Below are positions 1 to 9,406 of a stretch of DNA of 64,000 nucleotides, one piece after another. Below the pieces are notes generated by a model, which saw only the letters and a list, made by a program, of their open reading frames with translations, was not told the DNA's origin and searched no databases. The stretch is from an uncultured Bacteroidota bacterium (GTDB lineage: Bacteria; Bacteroidota; Bacteroidia; Flavobacteriales; Flavobacteriaceae), in contig CACKBZ010000005.1 of assembly GCA_902598525.1 (NCBI GenBank), positions 25,502 through 89,501 of the forward strand. The letters run 5' to 3'. How positions within the stretch are numbered: position 1 is the first letter of the stretch; each line of letters starts with the position of its first letter. Both the position numbers and the translations under genes were made by a program.

Positions 1-671
1 TTTAAATCTGCACTAGCAGATTTATTAATAAGAATATTATCAAGAAGATTTGTTGGAAAAATATCTAGTTGTAAAGTGTTTTTATCTGGATCAAGACCTG
101 GAACTTCAAGTCCTCCTAAAAGTGTTTTGGAATATCTATCTCCAAGACCTCTTACATAAACAAATTTTCCATCTTGAACAGAAACCCCTGGTATTCTTTT
201 AATAGCTGATGCAAGGTCACTATCTCCAGTCCTTTGGATTGATTGAGCTGATAAACCATCAATTAAATTAACTGCTCTTTTTTGAATTAACAAAACTGAA
301 GCTTCTGTATTATTTTTTGCTGTTGTTGTAACAATAACTTCGTCTAAACTATTAGACGCAGGTAATAATGTCGTGTTTAAAATGAACTCTTCATTTTGAC
401 CTATAACAACATCTGTAATTCTTTTAGTGTCATAACCAACAAATGAAAATTCTAAAATATAAGTTCCAGCAATAACATTAATTGTATATGATCCTTCAAA
501 ATCTGAAGTGGTTCCATCAATGAATTCTCCTTCATTTGATTGAAGTACAATATTTGCAAACGGTAAAAAATCATTGAATTCTCCATCAACAACTTTACCA
601 GTTATTACAGATTGGGAAAAAATACAGTTTAATGGTATTATTAAAAGCAATAAAATTAAAGTTCTTTTCAT
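1..671 (-). CDS. TonB-dependent receptor, N-terminal part (runs off the window)
   Basis: The minus-strand frame is open from the ATG at 669-671 to the window edge. My translation starts MKRTLILLLLIIPLNCIFSQSVITGKVVDGEF... (signal peptide plus carboxypeptidase-regulatory-like domain). It then reaches ...DGKFVYVRGLGDRYSKTLLGGLEVPGLDPDKN, a typical TBDR plug motif. It is absent from the ORF track because it is truncated by the window. Confidence 0.85.
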   Translation of the reverse strand, partial: MKRTLILLLLIIPLNCIFSQSVITGKVVDGEFNDFLPFANIVLQSNEGEFIDGTTSDFEGSYTINVIAGTYILEFSFVGYDTKRITDVVIGQNEEFILNTTLLPASNSLDEVIVTTTAKNNTEASVLLIQKRAVNLIDGLSAQSIQRTGDSDLASAIKRIPGVSVQDGKFVYVRGLGDRYSKTLLGGLEVPGLDPDKNTLQLDIFPTNLLDNILINKSASADL

Positions 672-690
672 TTTTTTTTTTATAAAAAAA

Positions 691-710
691 TGCCCGTCTA
701 AAAACGGGCA
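691..710 (-). terminator. Rho-independent terminator after the lipoprotein gene
   Basis: Perfect 7-bp stem TGCCCGT/ACGGGCA with a 6-nt loop. On the minus strand it is followed by a T-run (complement of the A-run at 684-690). It lies between the stop at 749 and the next start at 671. Confidence 0.75.
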
Positions 711-748
711 TCCTTAGGTTACTTTTTTAGTTTATGGTTCTCAATCAA

Positions 749-2044
749 CTATTGTTGAGTAAGCTTGTACCACATTGTCCATGACATTACTGATGTGTCA
801 GCACCAACTGTTCCAGTTGAAACTACTGATGCCCATGCTGGAGCATCTCCTGTTGTACTTGATGTGTTAGCAAGTATTGATGCTAAAGTACTAGTAGTTG
901 CAAATTGAAAGTTTTTGAAAATTAGTTTATTAACTGCGTTTTCAGTTGCACTGGCATCATATGTGTCAGAGTCAATGCCCTCAATGGTTTGCCCATCCAT
1001 TGTTGTAAATAATACGTTTTCAGTAGTTCCTGAAGCACCTGATTTCCAGTGACCAAGCTGATCAGTTTTCTCAGTATTACCGTCAACCCCAATAAAGGTT
1101 ACATTTTTAACAGTAAATTGACCATCTCTTTCATCAGTACTATCCTCAGTTCCATCAATTTCAAAAATATTATCACCTGAAGCTTTCATTTGAACAGCAA
1201 CATTATCTATTGTACCTGCATAGCCCTCATCCAAATCAACTGCATCATCACTTTGAGCCCAGATAGTAAGATTAGTAACATTAACAGTACCACCAAATAT
1301 TTCAATTCCATCATCATTACTCCCAACAACTTCAATGTTAGTTATAGTAGTTCCAGAACCAACTCCTCCTAAGGTTAAACCTTGGATTTCGTCACCATTT
1401 CCAAGTGCAGTTCCACTATGTCTAATTGATACATAATTTAGAGATCCAGATGATTCAGTATCTGAGAGTCCTCCATACATTGTCCAATCATATCCAGTTG
1501 CAATTCCTTCAATGGTATCTTGTCCACCATCTTCTCCAACAGTTGCTTGACCTAATATAATTACACCTCCCCAAAAACCTGTATCAGTAGCAACTCTATT
1601 AGGACTAAGTCTATCTTCATTTGAATAAGACAACTCATCTGCTTTATCAGTAAATACAATTGGACTTTCAGCTGTACCCTCAGCAACTATATTTCCACCT
1701 TTTGCAATTACAAGTGCTGTTGCATCAACTCCTTGGCCATCCTCAGCCTTAATTATTGTGCCTGCTTCAATAGTAAGTGTCCCACCGTCTCTTACAACAA
1801 CTTTACCGTTCATAATCCAGATTCTATCATTAGTCCATGTCTGAGAATCATCTATAAAGTAGATTCCACCACCACCAACAGTCTCTGTTTCTGGGGTTGG
1901 AGGTTGAACCTCTACAGTTTCAGTTACAGTTTCAGTTACAGTTTCAGTTACAGTTATAGTTTCGTAGATAACTTCTGGATCTTTCTCACAAGAGATTAAA
2001 AAAACTCCAGATGCAATAATTAAAGAATAAATTTTATTTTTCAT
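749..2044 (-). CDS. Predicted surface lipoprotein with TETV-repeat linker and Gly/Asp-rich beta-helix-like body
   Basis: The N-terminus MKNKIYSLIIASGVFLISC is a lipoprotein signal with lipobox Cys. A (TVTE)n linker and GGGG follow. The body has repeated G-x-G/T-I/V-x-N/D strands (e.g. GTTITNIEVVGSNDDGIEIFGGTVNVTNLTIW). It lies directly upstream of the receptor gene on the same strand. I recognise no named family. Confidence 0.7.
   Translation of the reverse strand: MKNKIYSLIIASGVFLISCEKDPEVIYETITVTETVTETVTETVEVQPPTPETETVGGGGIYFIDDSQTWTNDRIWIMNGKVVVRDGGTLTIEAGTIIKAEDGQGVDATALVIAKGGNIVAEGTAESPIVFTDKADELSYSNEDRLSPNRVATDTGFWGGVIILGQATVGEDGGQDTIEGIATGYDWTMYGGLSDTESSGSLNYVSIRHSGTALGNGDEIQGLTLGGVGSGTTITNIEVVGSNDDGIEIFGGTVNVTNLTIWAQSDDAVDLDEGYAGTIDNVAVQMKASGDNIFEIDGTEDSTDERDGQFTVKNVTFIGVDGNTEKTDQLGHWKSGASGTTENVLFTTMDGQTIEGIDSDTYDASATENAVNKLIFKNFQFATTSTLASILANTSSTTGDAPAWASVVSTGTVGADTSVMSWTMWYKLTQQ
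1914..1956. repeat. Tandem 12-bp repeat (about 3.6 copies), in frame
   Basis: ACAGTTTCAGTT is repeated head to tail. It encodes the TVTETVTETVTE linker of the lipoprotein. Confidence 0.9.
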
Positions 2045-2051
2045 TTTATAT

Positions 2052-2072
2052 ATATTTTGTTGAATTTATGTT
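2052..2072. repeat. 21-bp perfect direct repeat, copy 1
   Basis: ATATTTTGTTGAATTTATGTT. It starts 7 nt outside the lipoprotein start codon (2042-2044) and is identical to 2616-2636. Confidence 0.95.
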
Positions 2073-2076
2073 AGGA

Positions 2077-2084
2077 CAAATATA
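2077..2084 (-). promoter_or_regulatory. Candidate Bacteroidota -7 box (TATATTTG) for the lipoprotein/receptor operon
   Basis: The minus-strand sequence TATATTTG matches TAnnTTTG. It ends 32 nt upstream of the ATG at 2044. Confidence 0.35.
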
Positions 2085-2308
2085 TTTTGCCTTAAGAGGT
2101 ATTTGTTTAATTAAGAATCAATAAAACTTTTATTTAATGTTAATTTTTATTGTCAAATGTTAACTTAATATTATGCATTTTACGCTTTTAAATAACTCTT
2201 TTTTTGAAAGATTACCTTCAAGTTATAAGCGTCAAATAAATAATAGGGTTAACTAATATTTGGATTTAAATAGAAAAAAGTTATAATTTCGCCATAAAAC
2301 TATATTTT

Positions 2309-2608
2309 ATGTCCAAGTTTGGTGAGCTTTTAGATGAAAAAAAGCCTTTGCTTTTGGTTTTTTTCAGTGAGCTGGATGAAATTTCAACATCTCTTCATCC
2401 TGTTCTAAAAGATGTTGCTGCTGCGCTTGGTGATAAGGGTAAAGTAATTAAAATAAATACCGAAAAGAATATTAAACTATCAGAAGCATTGAGAGTTAAA
2501 GTTATTCCTACTTTAATGATTTACAAGTATGGTGAAATGGTTTGGAGACAAAGTGGAGATCAAGATGCAAATACTCTGATAAGCTTAATGAAAGACCAGC
2601 TTAACTGA
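2309..2608 (+). CDS. Thioredoxin-fold protein lacking the CXXC active site
   Basis: 99 aa. The layout is thioredoxin-like (PLLLVFFSELDEISTSLHPVLKDV..., then the cis-Pro region VIPTLMIYKYGEMVWRQSG). Where WCGPC should be it has SELDEIS, and the protein contains no Cys at all. Confidence 0.7.
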   Translation: MSKFGELLDEKKPLLLVFFSELDEISTSLHPVLKDVAAALGDKGKVIKINTEKNIKLSEALRVKVIPTLMIYKYGEMVWRQSGDQDANTLISLMKDQLN

Positions 2609-2615
2609 TGAATAA

Positions 2616-2636
2616 ATATTTTGTTGAATTTATGTT
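2616..2636. repeat. 21-bp perfect direct repeat, copy 2
   Basis: ATATTTTGTTGAATTTATGTT. It starts 7 nt after the thioredoxin-like stop (2608) and ends 21 nt before the DUF2723 stop codon. Confidence 0.95.
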
Positions 2637-2657
2637 TATAAATTAGTTAAGCTCTTT

Positions 2658-5600
2658 TTATTCTACAATATTTTTCAATAGCTCATCAAGATTCTTTTTA
2701 TAATTATCATATAACTTACTATTAAATAGTTCTATGCTATTTATAATCTTGCTATAATTATTAATATCAGAAGTAATTCCTTCTATGTAGAAGATTTGTT
2801 CATCTTCATCTAGATTTGAAAAAACTGAAACTCTTCTAATTAAAAGATCTTCTATTTTATCAATAATCTGTTTTGAATATTCAAGCTCATTAGACTTTAC
2901 AAGGGAAACAATAAAATCGGATACTGACATATAATAATCAAACTCACCATATATAAAGTTAAATTTCTCAGAACTAGAAATAAATCTTTTTATTTCATCA
3001 ACTATTATTTCACTTTCATCAAAAACTAACACAGTTTCTATTAAATTTCTATATCTCTCTATATCAGATATTACTTCTTCACCCAAATTATACTGATTAA
3101 AAACCTCAAGTGACGAATAATAATTTAATCTGTCAAAATATTTTAAAGAGATCCTTTTTACTACATCTTGTGCTTTTAAATCTTTATCAATTTTATAATA
3201 ACCTTCTATAAAAGGAGTCCATAAACTATAGTATCCATAAAAATCAATTGGCATTTTTTCAAATGCAAGATCTATTATCTCCTCTGCTCTATCATATTGC
3301 CCCTCTTGAATTAAAGCCTCAGATAATCTTGATAAATTGCTTCTAAATGAAATACTATTTTTTCTGGTCTCTGGGTCATGATATATCTCGCTGCTTTCAG
3401 AATTACCCCATGACCATTCTTTTACAATATTATACATTAGATCAGAATCAACTCTACCCATTTCATATGGATTTCTTCTATCAATAGGTGTTCTAATTGG
3501 CACTAATTTATATACTAGCCCATCTAACTGAAGATAATCTTTCATCCATATGTATTCAGAATCCTCATAACTACCTCCGGTAAAATATATTGGTCTCATC
3601 CAATCATTATTAGCAAGAATATCTAACATCAAAATTTGATTTTTTGTTATAATTGACTCAGGTAGGTCAATATCTATATAATCAACTATGAGGTCTTCGT
3701 CCTCTTTTTTTACAATTCCACTTTCTAAAACGTTTTCTTTATTAACAGGAAGTCTAATTTTATTTGTTGGATAAAAAACAGTCTCAAGTGCATGTTCTGG
3801 ATAATCATTTGTATCACCTCCTGATTGAGTTATTAAGTTTCTATATTTAGTTCTTGGGTTATCACTAGCTACCCAATCAACAAAGTCTCCAATATCCCAT
3901 CTTACAGAGTCAAGCAGATTCTCATATCTTATATAGTCTCTAATACCAAATGCATACTTTTCATGTTCCATTTGTGATGGTATTGGACTACTCTCATATG
4001 CCCTTCTTTTCATTTGATCAATGTACCAATCTGTAGCTAAAAGACTCGTATTAATTGTTCTAACATCTGTCCTAAATTCTTCTATCTCTTGAGCATACCA
4101 AAGAGCAAAAGTATCATTATCACCAATTGTAAAAATCATCGCATCTTTATCAATATCAATTGACTGAAGATATGCCTTAGCTAAGGATTGTGCAGTATAT
4201 CTATCAGATCTATCATGGTCATCCCAGTTATTGAAGGCCATAAGTAGTGGTACTGAAATCAAACAAATTGCATAAACTCCAAAATCTAAAATTTTATTTT
4301 TAAATCTTTTTATGTAGTATAAAATTGCTGTATAACCCATACCAATCCATATAGAGAAAACATAGAAGGATCCAACAAGAGCATAATCTCTTTCCCTTGG
4401 TTCAAAAGGTCTTTCATTTAAATAAAACTTTAAAGCAAGACCTGTAAATAGGAATAGTAAAAGTAATATCCAAAAAGATTTAATATCATACTTATAGCAA
4501 AACATAAGTCCAATAATTCCCAGAATTAATGGAAGGAAAAAGTAGGTATTTCTTGCTTTGTTATTTTTTTGATCTTGATCTATTGCACCTTGATTCCCAA
4601 TTCTTAACTCATCAATGAACTTAATACCACTTATCCAATTTCCATTAGTTATTGAATAGTCTCCTTGAATATCATTTTGCCTTCCTGCAAAATTCCACAT
4701 AAAATAACGCCAATACATATAATTGATTTGATAAGAAAAAAGAAAATTTAAATTATCAAATAGTGTAGGCTTACTAATACTTAGATAAGGGCCCAAGGAT
4801 CTGAAAAATTCATTGTATTGCTCTCCATCAAGCTCTCCTTGCAATTCTCTGTTAATAAATTCATTTACTCTCTCAACTATTGCTTGCTCATTTTTATATC
4901 TATCTAAAATTTCAAATTTAAGTGGATTTGTAAAATTCATATAGTTTCCTGCATGGCTTGAACTCCATAACCTGGGGATTAATCCTCTATGCTTGGAATT
5001 TGAATTAATCTCTGAGTCTTTCCAGTAGTTTACCGTTTTATATCTTCCTGTTTTATAATCTCTTTCGTATTTTGGCTTACCATCAACATATGGTTCCTTT
5101 TCATCTTGAGGTGCGTAAATATCAGAAAACATAGGTCCATAAAAAAGATAAGTTTTAGGATATTGTTCAAGCCTATAATATGCTAAAAGAGATCTTGCAT
5201 CAGATGGGGAGTTTTCATTAATTACTGTTTTAGCATTTGATCTAATTGGGATCATTAGCCATGATGAAAAGCCTATAAATACAAAAAGAATACATAGAAT
5301 AATAGTATTAAACTGAATCATTCCTTTAGATCGAGTAAATGATAATCCTTTGTAAAATAATCCAACCATTAAAAGTCCTGCAATATTAGTTCCTGAATTA
5401 AACGGGAGTCCAACAGAGTTGACAAAGAATACTTCAAGTTGTCCAAAAATTGATAAAGTAGATGGTAAAAGAAGTTTAAAAATAAATAACAATACTGATA
5501 CAGATATGATATTAGCTAATATGAAACCTCTCAAAGAAATGTTTTTATACTTCTTAAAATAATATATCATTCCAATTGCTGGAATTGATAAAATTGCCAT

Positions 5601-6170
5601 AAAGTGAACACCAAATGATAAGCCAATTAAAAATGATATTAGGAGTAACCATTTGTCTCCTCTTTCATTTTCAAAATCTTTTTCCCACCTTAATCCTGCC
5701 CAAAACGTAGTTGAAAGAAAAAGCATTGCCAAAGCATAAACTTCAGATTCAACAGCGTTAAACCAAAAGCTATCTGAAAAGGTAAAAGTCAATGCTCCGA
5801 TTGAAGCACTAAGAATTATGGACCATGAATTATTAAAATTATTTTTTCTAAAAATTTTAGTTAATAATAGTGTTGTAGACCAGTAAAGAAATAATATAAC
5901 AAACGCACTAGAAATAACGGATAGAAAATTAACAGCTAATGCAATAGTTTCGTTGTTAGTTGCAAATAATGAAAAAATTGCACCCATCATCTGATAGAAA
6001 GGAGCACCGGGTGGGTGGCCAACTTGAAGCTTCGCAGATGTTGAAATATATTCACCTGCATCCCAATAACTCGCTGTTGGTTCTACCGTTAATCCATATG
6101 TTATCATGGCAACGGAAAAAAGTAACCACCCTACGATATTATTTATTTTTCGAAACTTGGCCTCCGACAT
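2658..6170 (-). CDS. DUF2723-family large polytopic membrane protein (glycosyltransferase-C-like)
   Basis: 1170 aa. The N-terminus ...TVEPTASYWDAGEYISTSAKLQVGHPPGAPFYQMMGAIFS is the signature I associate with DUF2723. It has many TM helices and then a long soluble C-terminal region. Confidence 0.8.
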   Translation of the reverse strand: MSEAKFRKINNIVGWLLFSVAMITYGLTVEPTASYWDAGEYISTSAKLQVGHPPGAPFYQMMGAIFSLFATNNETIALAVNFLSVISSAFVILFLYWSTTLLLTKIFRKNNFNNSWSIILSASIGALTFTFSDSFWFNAVESEVYALAMLFLSTTFWAGLRWEKDFENERGDKWLLLISFLIGLSFGVHFMAILSIPAIGMIYYFKKYKNISLRGFILANIISVSVLLFIFKLLLPSTLSIFGQLEVFFVNSVGLPFNSGTNIAGLLMVGLFYKGLSFTRSKGMIQFNTIILCILFVFIGFSSWLMIPIRSNAKTVINENSPSDARSLLAYYRLEQYPKTYLFYGPMFSDIYAPQDEKEPYVDGKPKYERDYKTGRYKTVNYWKDSEINSNSKHRGLIPRLWSSSHAGNYMNFTNPLKFEILDRYKNEQAIVERVNEFINRELQGELDGEQYNEFFRSLGPYLSISKPTLFDNLNFLFSYQINYMYWRYFMWNFAGRQNDIQGDYSITNGNWISGIKFIDELRIGNQGAIDQDQKNNKARNTYFFLPLILGIIGLMFCYKYDIKSFWILLLLFLFTGLALKFYLNERPFEPRERDYALVGSFYVFSIWIGMGYTAILYYIKRFKNKILDFGVYAICLISVPLLMAFNNWDDHDRSDRYTAQSLAKAYLQSIDIDKDAMIFTIGDNDTFALWYAQEIEEFRTDVRTINTSLLATDWYIDQMKRRAYESSPIPSQMEHEKYAFGIRDYIRYENLLDSVRWDIGDFVDWVASDNPRTKYRNLITQSGGDTNDYPEHALETVFYPTNKIRLPVNKENVLESGIVKKEDEDLIVDYIDIDLPESIITKNQILMLDILANNDWMRPIYFTGGSYEDSEYIWMKDYLQLDGLVYKLVPIRTPIDRRNPYEMGRVDSDLMYNIVKEWSWGNSESSEIYHDPETRKNSISFRSNLSRLSEALIQEGQYDRAEEIIDLAFEKMPIDFYGYYSLWTPFIEGYYKIDKDLKAQDVVKRISLKYFDRLNYYSSLEVFNQYNLGEEVISDIERYRNLIETVLVFDESEIIVDEIKRFISSSEKFNFIYGEFDYYMSVSDFIVSLVKSNELEYSKQIIDKIEDLLIRRVSVFSNLDEDEQIFYIEGITSDINNYSKIINSIELFNSKLYDNYKKNLDELLKNIVE

Positions 6171-6207
6171 TATTTGATAAATTATTAAATTTTAGTTTTT
6201 AATTTAA

Positions 6208-9200
6208 TTACATAAAAACATTTAAATAATCTAACTCAAGATTTTTAAAACTTGAATTAAAATTTGGTATATCATTAGAAATTATGGAATTATACTTATC
6301 TAATTGAATTCTTACCTTTTTAATTAATTCGTCCTTTACTTTGATGTCTTGATCAGTTGGTCTAAAATCGCTGGCTCTAAATGCAGAATTTAAATTTCCC
6401 AGATTATTTGTCAACTTAACACCATAATTTAATGGATCTTGATTACTTTGATTTTTTGTTTGATATAATTCATTTTCAACATTATCCAGTGAGCTTGTGA
6501 TTGAATTTGACATCTCAATTAAATCATTTACTAATTCATTGTCAGCAAATTCAGATTGAAATTTGCTAAGATCAGATTTAATTTTCCTGATATTAATTAT
6601 TGCATTGTGTGCCTCATCAACTATATTATTAATTTCATTAACAAAATTAAATTGGGCATTTATATCATCAATTGTACCCTCAGAAGTTGGATCTTTTAAA
6701 ATTTTAAAATTTTGTGTTAGCTCAGTTTGATTCACACTTAATTTTACTATGTAATCACCAGGAACTGCTTTTGCCCCCGAAAAATCTGCTGCCCATAGCA
6801 CCATATTATCTAGTCTTTTTGCTCCTGGATATTTCATATTCCAAACAAAAGAGTTTCCACCTTCTTTCACCTGTATTTTATTTTCACTACTCTTATTTGA
6901 AAATTCTTTGATCAACTCACCATCTTTCGAATGTATTGAGAGTTTAACTTCATCATTTTCATTATTAAAACTTGGCAAATAATAATGTACAATAACTCCG
7001 TTTGGAAGATTCGTGCCTGCTGTTAAAGACTTTGTACCTCCGCCCCCTCTCATTCTGTATGCATCCTTTGGCTTATATAATTTTGGTTCTTTAGTTGATT
7101 CAGATAACTGATGGAGAACTGTTAAATCGTCCAGAATCCAAATACTTCTTCCTTGAGTTGCAACAATCAATGAATTATCTTTTATTGTTAAATCAGTGAT
7201 AGGAACAATAGGTAAGTTTTTTTGAAATTTATTCCAATTAATTCCTTTATCAAAAGATATGTACATCCCTGTCTCTGTTCCTGCATACAGTATGTTCTCG
7301 TCTATTTTATCGGATCTAATCACTCTTGTAAAATGTTCAGCTTCAATTCCATTTGTAATTAACTTCCAATTTTGACCATAGTCCTCTGTTACATATAAAT
7401 ATGGGGTAAAGTCACCAAGCTTATATCTGGTTCCAGCTATATATGCAGTTCCAGCATCAAACGAAGAGGCATCAATACTGTTTATCATCATCCATTCTGG
7501 CATTTTTTTTGGAGTGACATTTTCCCATGAAGTCCCGCCGTCTTTTGTTAGGTGGATTAATCCATCATCACTTCCAACCCAAATTAATCCTTCCTGAATA
7601 GGTGATTCATCAACTGCAAATAAAGTTGCATAATATTCCACTCCAGTATTATCCTGTGTAATAGGACCTCCAGAGGAGACAAGTTTTGTTTTGTCATTTC
7701 TTGTTAAATCTGGGCTTATTATCTCCCAGCTTTGGCCTTCATCCGTGGAGAGATGAACATGATTAGAGAAAGTATAAAGTTTAGATGAATCATGTTTACT
7801 AAAAGCAATTGGAAAATTCCAATTAAATCTATACTTCATGGCCTCAGCTCCTTCCCCAAGAGTTGTTATTGGCCATACATTTATAACTCTTGAAGTATTT
7901 TTCTCATGATTTTTTCTTTCTAAAAATCCTAAATAACTTCCTCCATAAACTATATCATTATTATTAGGATCAATAGCTATATGACCTGATTCTCCACCTG
8001 CAGTACTTTCCCAGTCATCATCATCTATACTATAACCCAAGCTTCTATGCATCACTCTTTGTGTTGAGTTATCTTGCTGAGCAACATATATTCTATATGG
8101 AAAAGAATTATCTGTGGTTACTCTATAGTATTGTGCTGTAGGTTGATTGTAGTAGGTGCTCCAGGTTCTACCTTTATCATATGATACTTGTGCACCACCA
8201 TCATCTGCAATTATCATTCTTGAGTTATCTTCCGGAGCAATCCACAAATCATGATGATCCCCATGAGGAGCATTATTGGATTTAAAAGTTTTTCCTCCAT
8301 CATCTGAAAAATGATAAGCAACATTCATCACATACACTCCATCAACATCTTGTGTATCAGCATAAATCTTCGAATAATACCAAGCCCTTTGCCTAAGTGA
8401 TCTGCTATTATTTGTATAAATCCAATTTAAACCTCCATCATCAGATCTATATACACCTCCTTTTTCTTGATTTTCAACAATCGCCCAAACTCTTTCAGAA
8501 TTTACAGGAGAAACAGTTACTCCAATTACACCAATTGTTCCAGTTGGGAAACCATTATTTTTAGTAATCTTAATCCAGCTCTCTCCACTGTCAACACTTT
8601 TCCATAAATCAGAGCCTTCACCTCCACTACTCAAACTATGAGATGTTCTTTGAACTCTCCATGTAGATGCATATAATATTCTTGGATTATTTGGGTCCAT
8701 TACAATTTCAAATGCTCCAGAAAGGCTATTTGCAAAAAGAACTTTTTTCCATGTCAATCCTCCATCTTCAGACTTATAAACTCCTCTATCATCGGTTGGT
8801 TTATATATATTACCAAGAACAGCAGCATAGACTATATCGTTATCATTTGGATCAATTACAATTCTGGGAATATGTCTTGAATTAGGTAATCCAGAAAACT
8901 TCCATGTTTTACCAGCATCAACACTCTTAAATATTCCATATCCAGACGAAACATTTCCTCTAATTGTAACCTCACCACCTCCAACGTATATTACATTGGG
9001 ATCGTCACTTGCAATAGCAATTGAGCCAATGCTTCCGCCAAAAAAACCATCAGAAATGTTTTTGTATGTTTTGCCGCCATCTTCGGTTCTCCATACTCCT
9101 CCACCCGTAGCTCCAAAATAATATAAGTCAGGTTCGCCGGGAACACCTGCAACTGCAGCTGATCTACCACCTCTGAATGGGCCAATTTCTCTGTAGGTCA

Positions 9201-9330
9201 CGGACTCATGGAGAACAGGTTCATATTTTACGTTATTTTTTGATTTTCTTTGTGAATAGAGTTCTGTATTAGATAAAAGAATAGTAATACAAGAAATCGT
9301 TATAAGATTAAATATTTTTTTTAATGGCAT
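6208..9330 (-). CDS. Secreted BNR/Asp-box (sortilin/VPS10-like) repeat protein
   Basis: There are at least 11 S/T-x-D-x-G-x-T/S-W/F Asp-box motifs (TEDGGKTYKN, SVDAGKTWKF, SEDGGLTWKK, SDDGGLNWIY, STDEGQSWEI, TKDGGTSWEN and others). The likely start is the ATG at 9330 (MPLKKIFNLITISCITILL, a signal peptide) rather than the track start at 9372. Confidence 0.8.
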   Translation of the reverse strand: MPLKKIFNLITISCITILLSNTELYSQRKSKNNVKYEPVLHESVTYREIGPFRGGRSAAVAGVPGEPDLYYFGATGGGVWRTEDGGKTYKNISDGFFGGSIGSIAIASDDPNVIYVGGGEVTIRGNVSSGYGIFKSVDAGKTWKFSGLPNSRHIPRIVIDPNDNDIVYAAVLGNIYKPTDDRGVYKSEDGGLTWKKVLFANSLSGAFEIVMDPNNPRILYASTWRVQRTSHSLSSGGEGSDLWKSVDSGESWIKITKNNGFPTGTIGVIGVTVSPVNSERVWAIVENQEKGGVYRSDDGGLNWIYTNNSRSLRQRAWYYSKIYADTQDVDGVYVMNVAYHFSDDGGKTFKSNNAPHGDHHDLWIAPEDNSRMIIADDGGAQVSYDKGRTWSTYYNQPTAQYYRVTTDNSFPYRIYVAQQDNSTQRVMHRSLGYSIDDDDWESTAGGESGHIAIDPNNNDIVYGGSYLGFLERKNHEKNTSRVINVWPITTLGEGAEAMKYRFNWNFPIAFSKHDSSKLYTFSNHVHLSTDEGQSWEIISPDLTRNDKTKLVSSGGPITQDNTGVEYYATLFAVDESPIQEGLIWVGSDDGLIHLTKDGGTSWENVTPKKMPEWMMINSIDASSFDAGTAYIAGTRYKLGDFTPYLYVTEDYGQNWKLITNGIEAEHFTRVIRSDKIDENILYAGTETGMYISFDKGINWNKFQKNLPIVPITDLTIKDNSLIVATQGRSIWILDDLTVLHQLSESTKEPKLYKPKDAYRMRGGGGTKSLTAGTNLPNGVIVHYYLPSFNNENDEVKLSIHSKDGELIKEFSNKSSENKIQVKEGGNSFVWNMKYPGAKRLDNMVLWAADFSGAKAVPGDYIVKLSVNQTELTQNFKILKDPTSEGTIDDINAQFNFVNEINNIVDEAHNAIINIRKIKSDLSKFQSEFADNELVNDLIEMSNSITSSLDNVENELYQTKNQSNQDPLNYGVKLTNNLGNLNSAFRASDFRPTDQDIKVKDELIKKVRIQLDKYNSIISNDIPNFNSSFKNLELDYLNVFM

Positions 9331-9406
9331 AATTGATATATTTATAGAAGCAAAGTAAAATAAAATATTCAATTTTCACATAGAATTATTGAGTATTAAA
9401 ATAAGA

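Noticed and set aside
2068-2257. Short ORFs (18 and 27 codons) and an imperfect long hairpin (about 2183-2233) in the 264-bp spacer upstream of the thioredoxin-like gene.
   Set aside because: The ORFs have no start context, conservation or peptide features that I can assess. The hairpin has several mismatches in AT-rich sequence. The spacer is covered by the 21-bp repeat finding instead.
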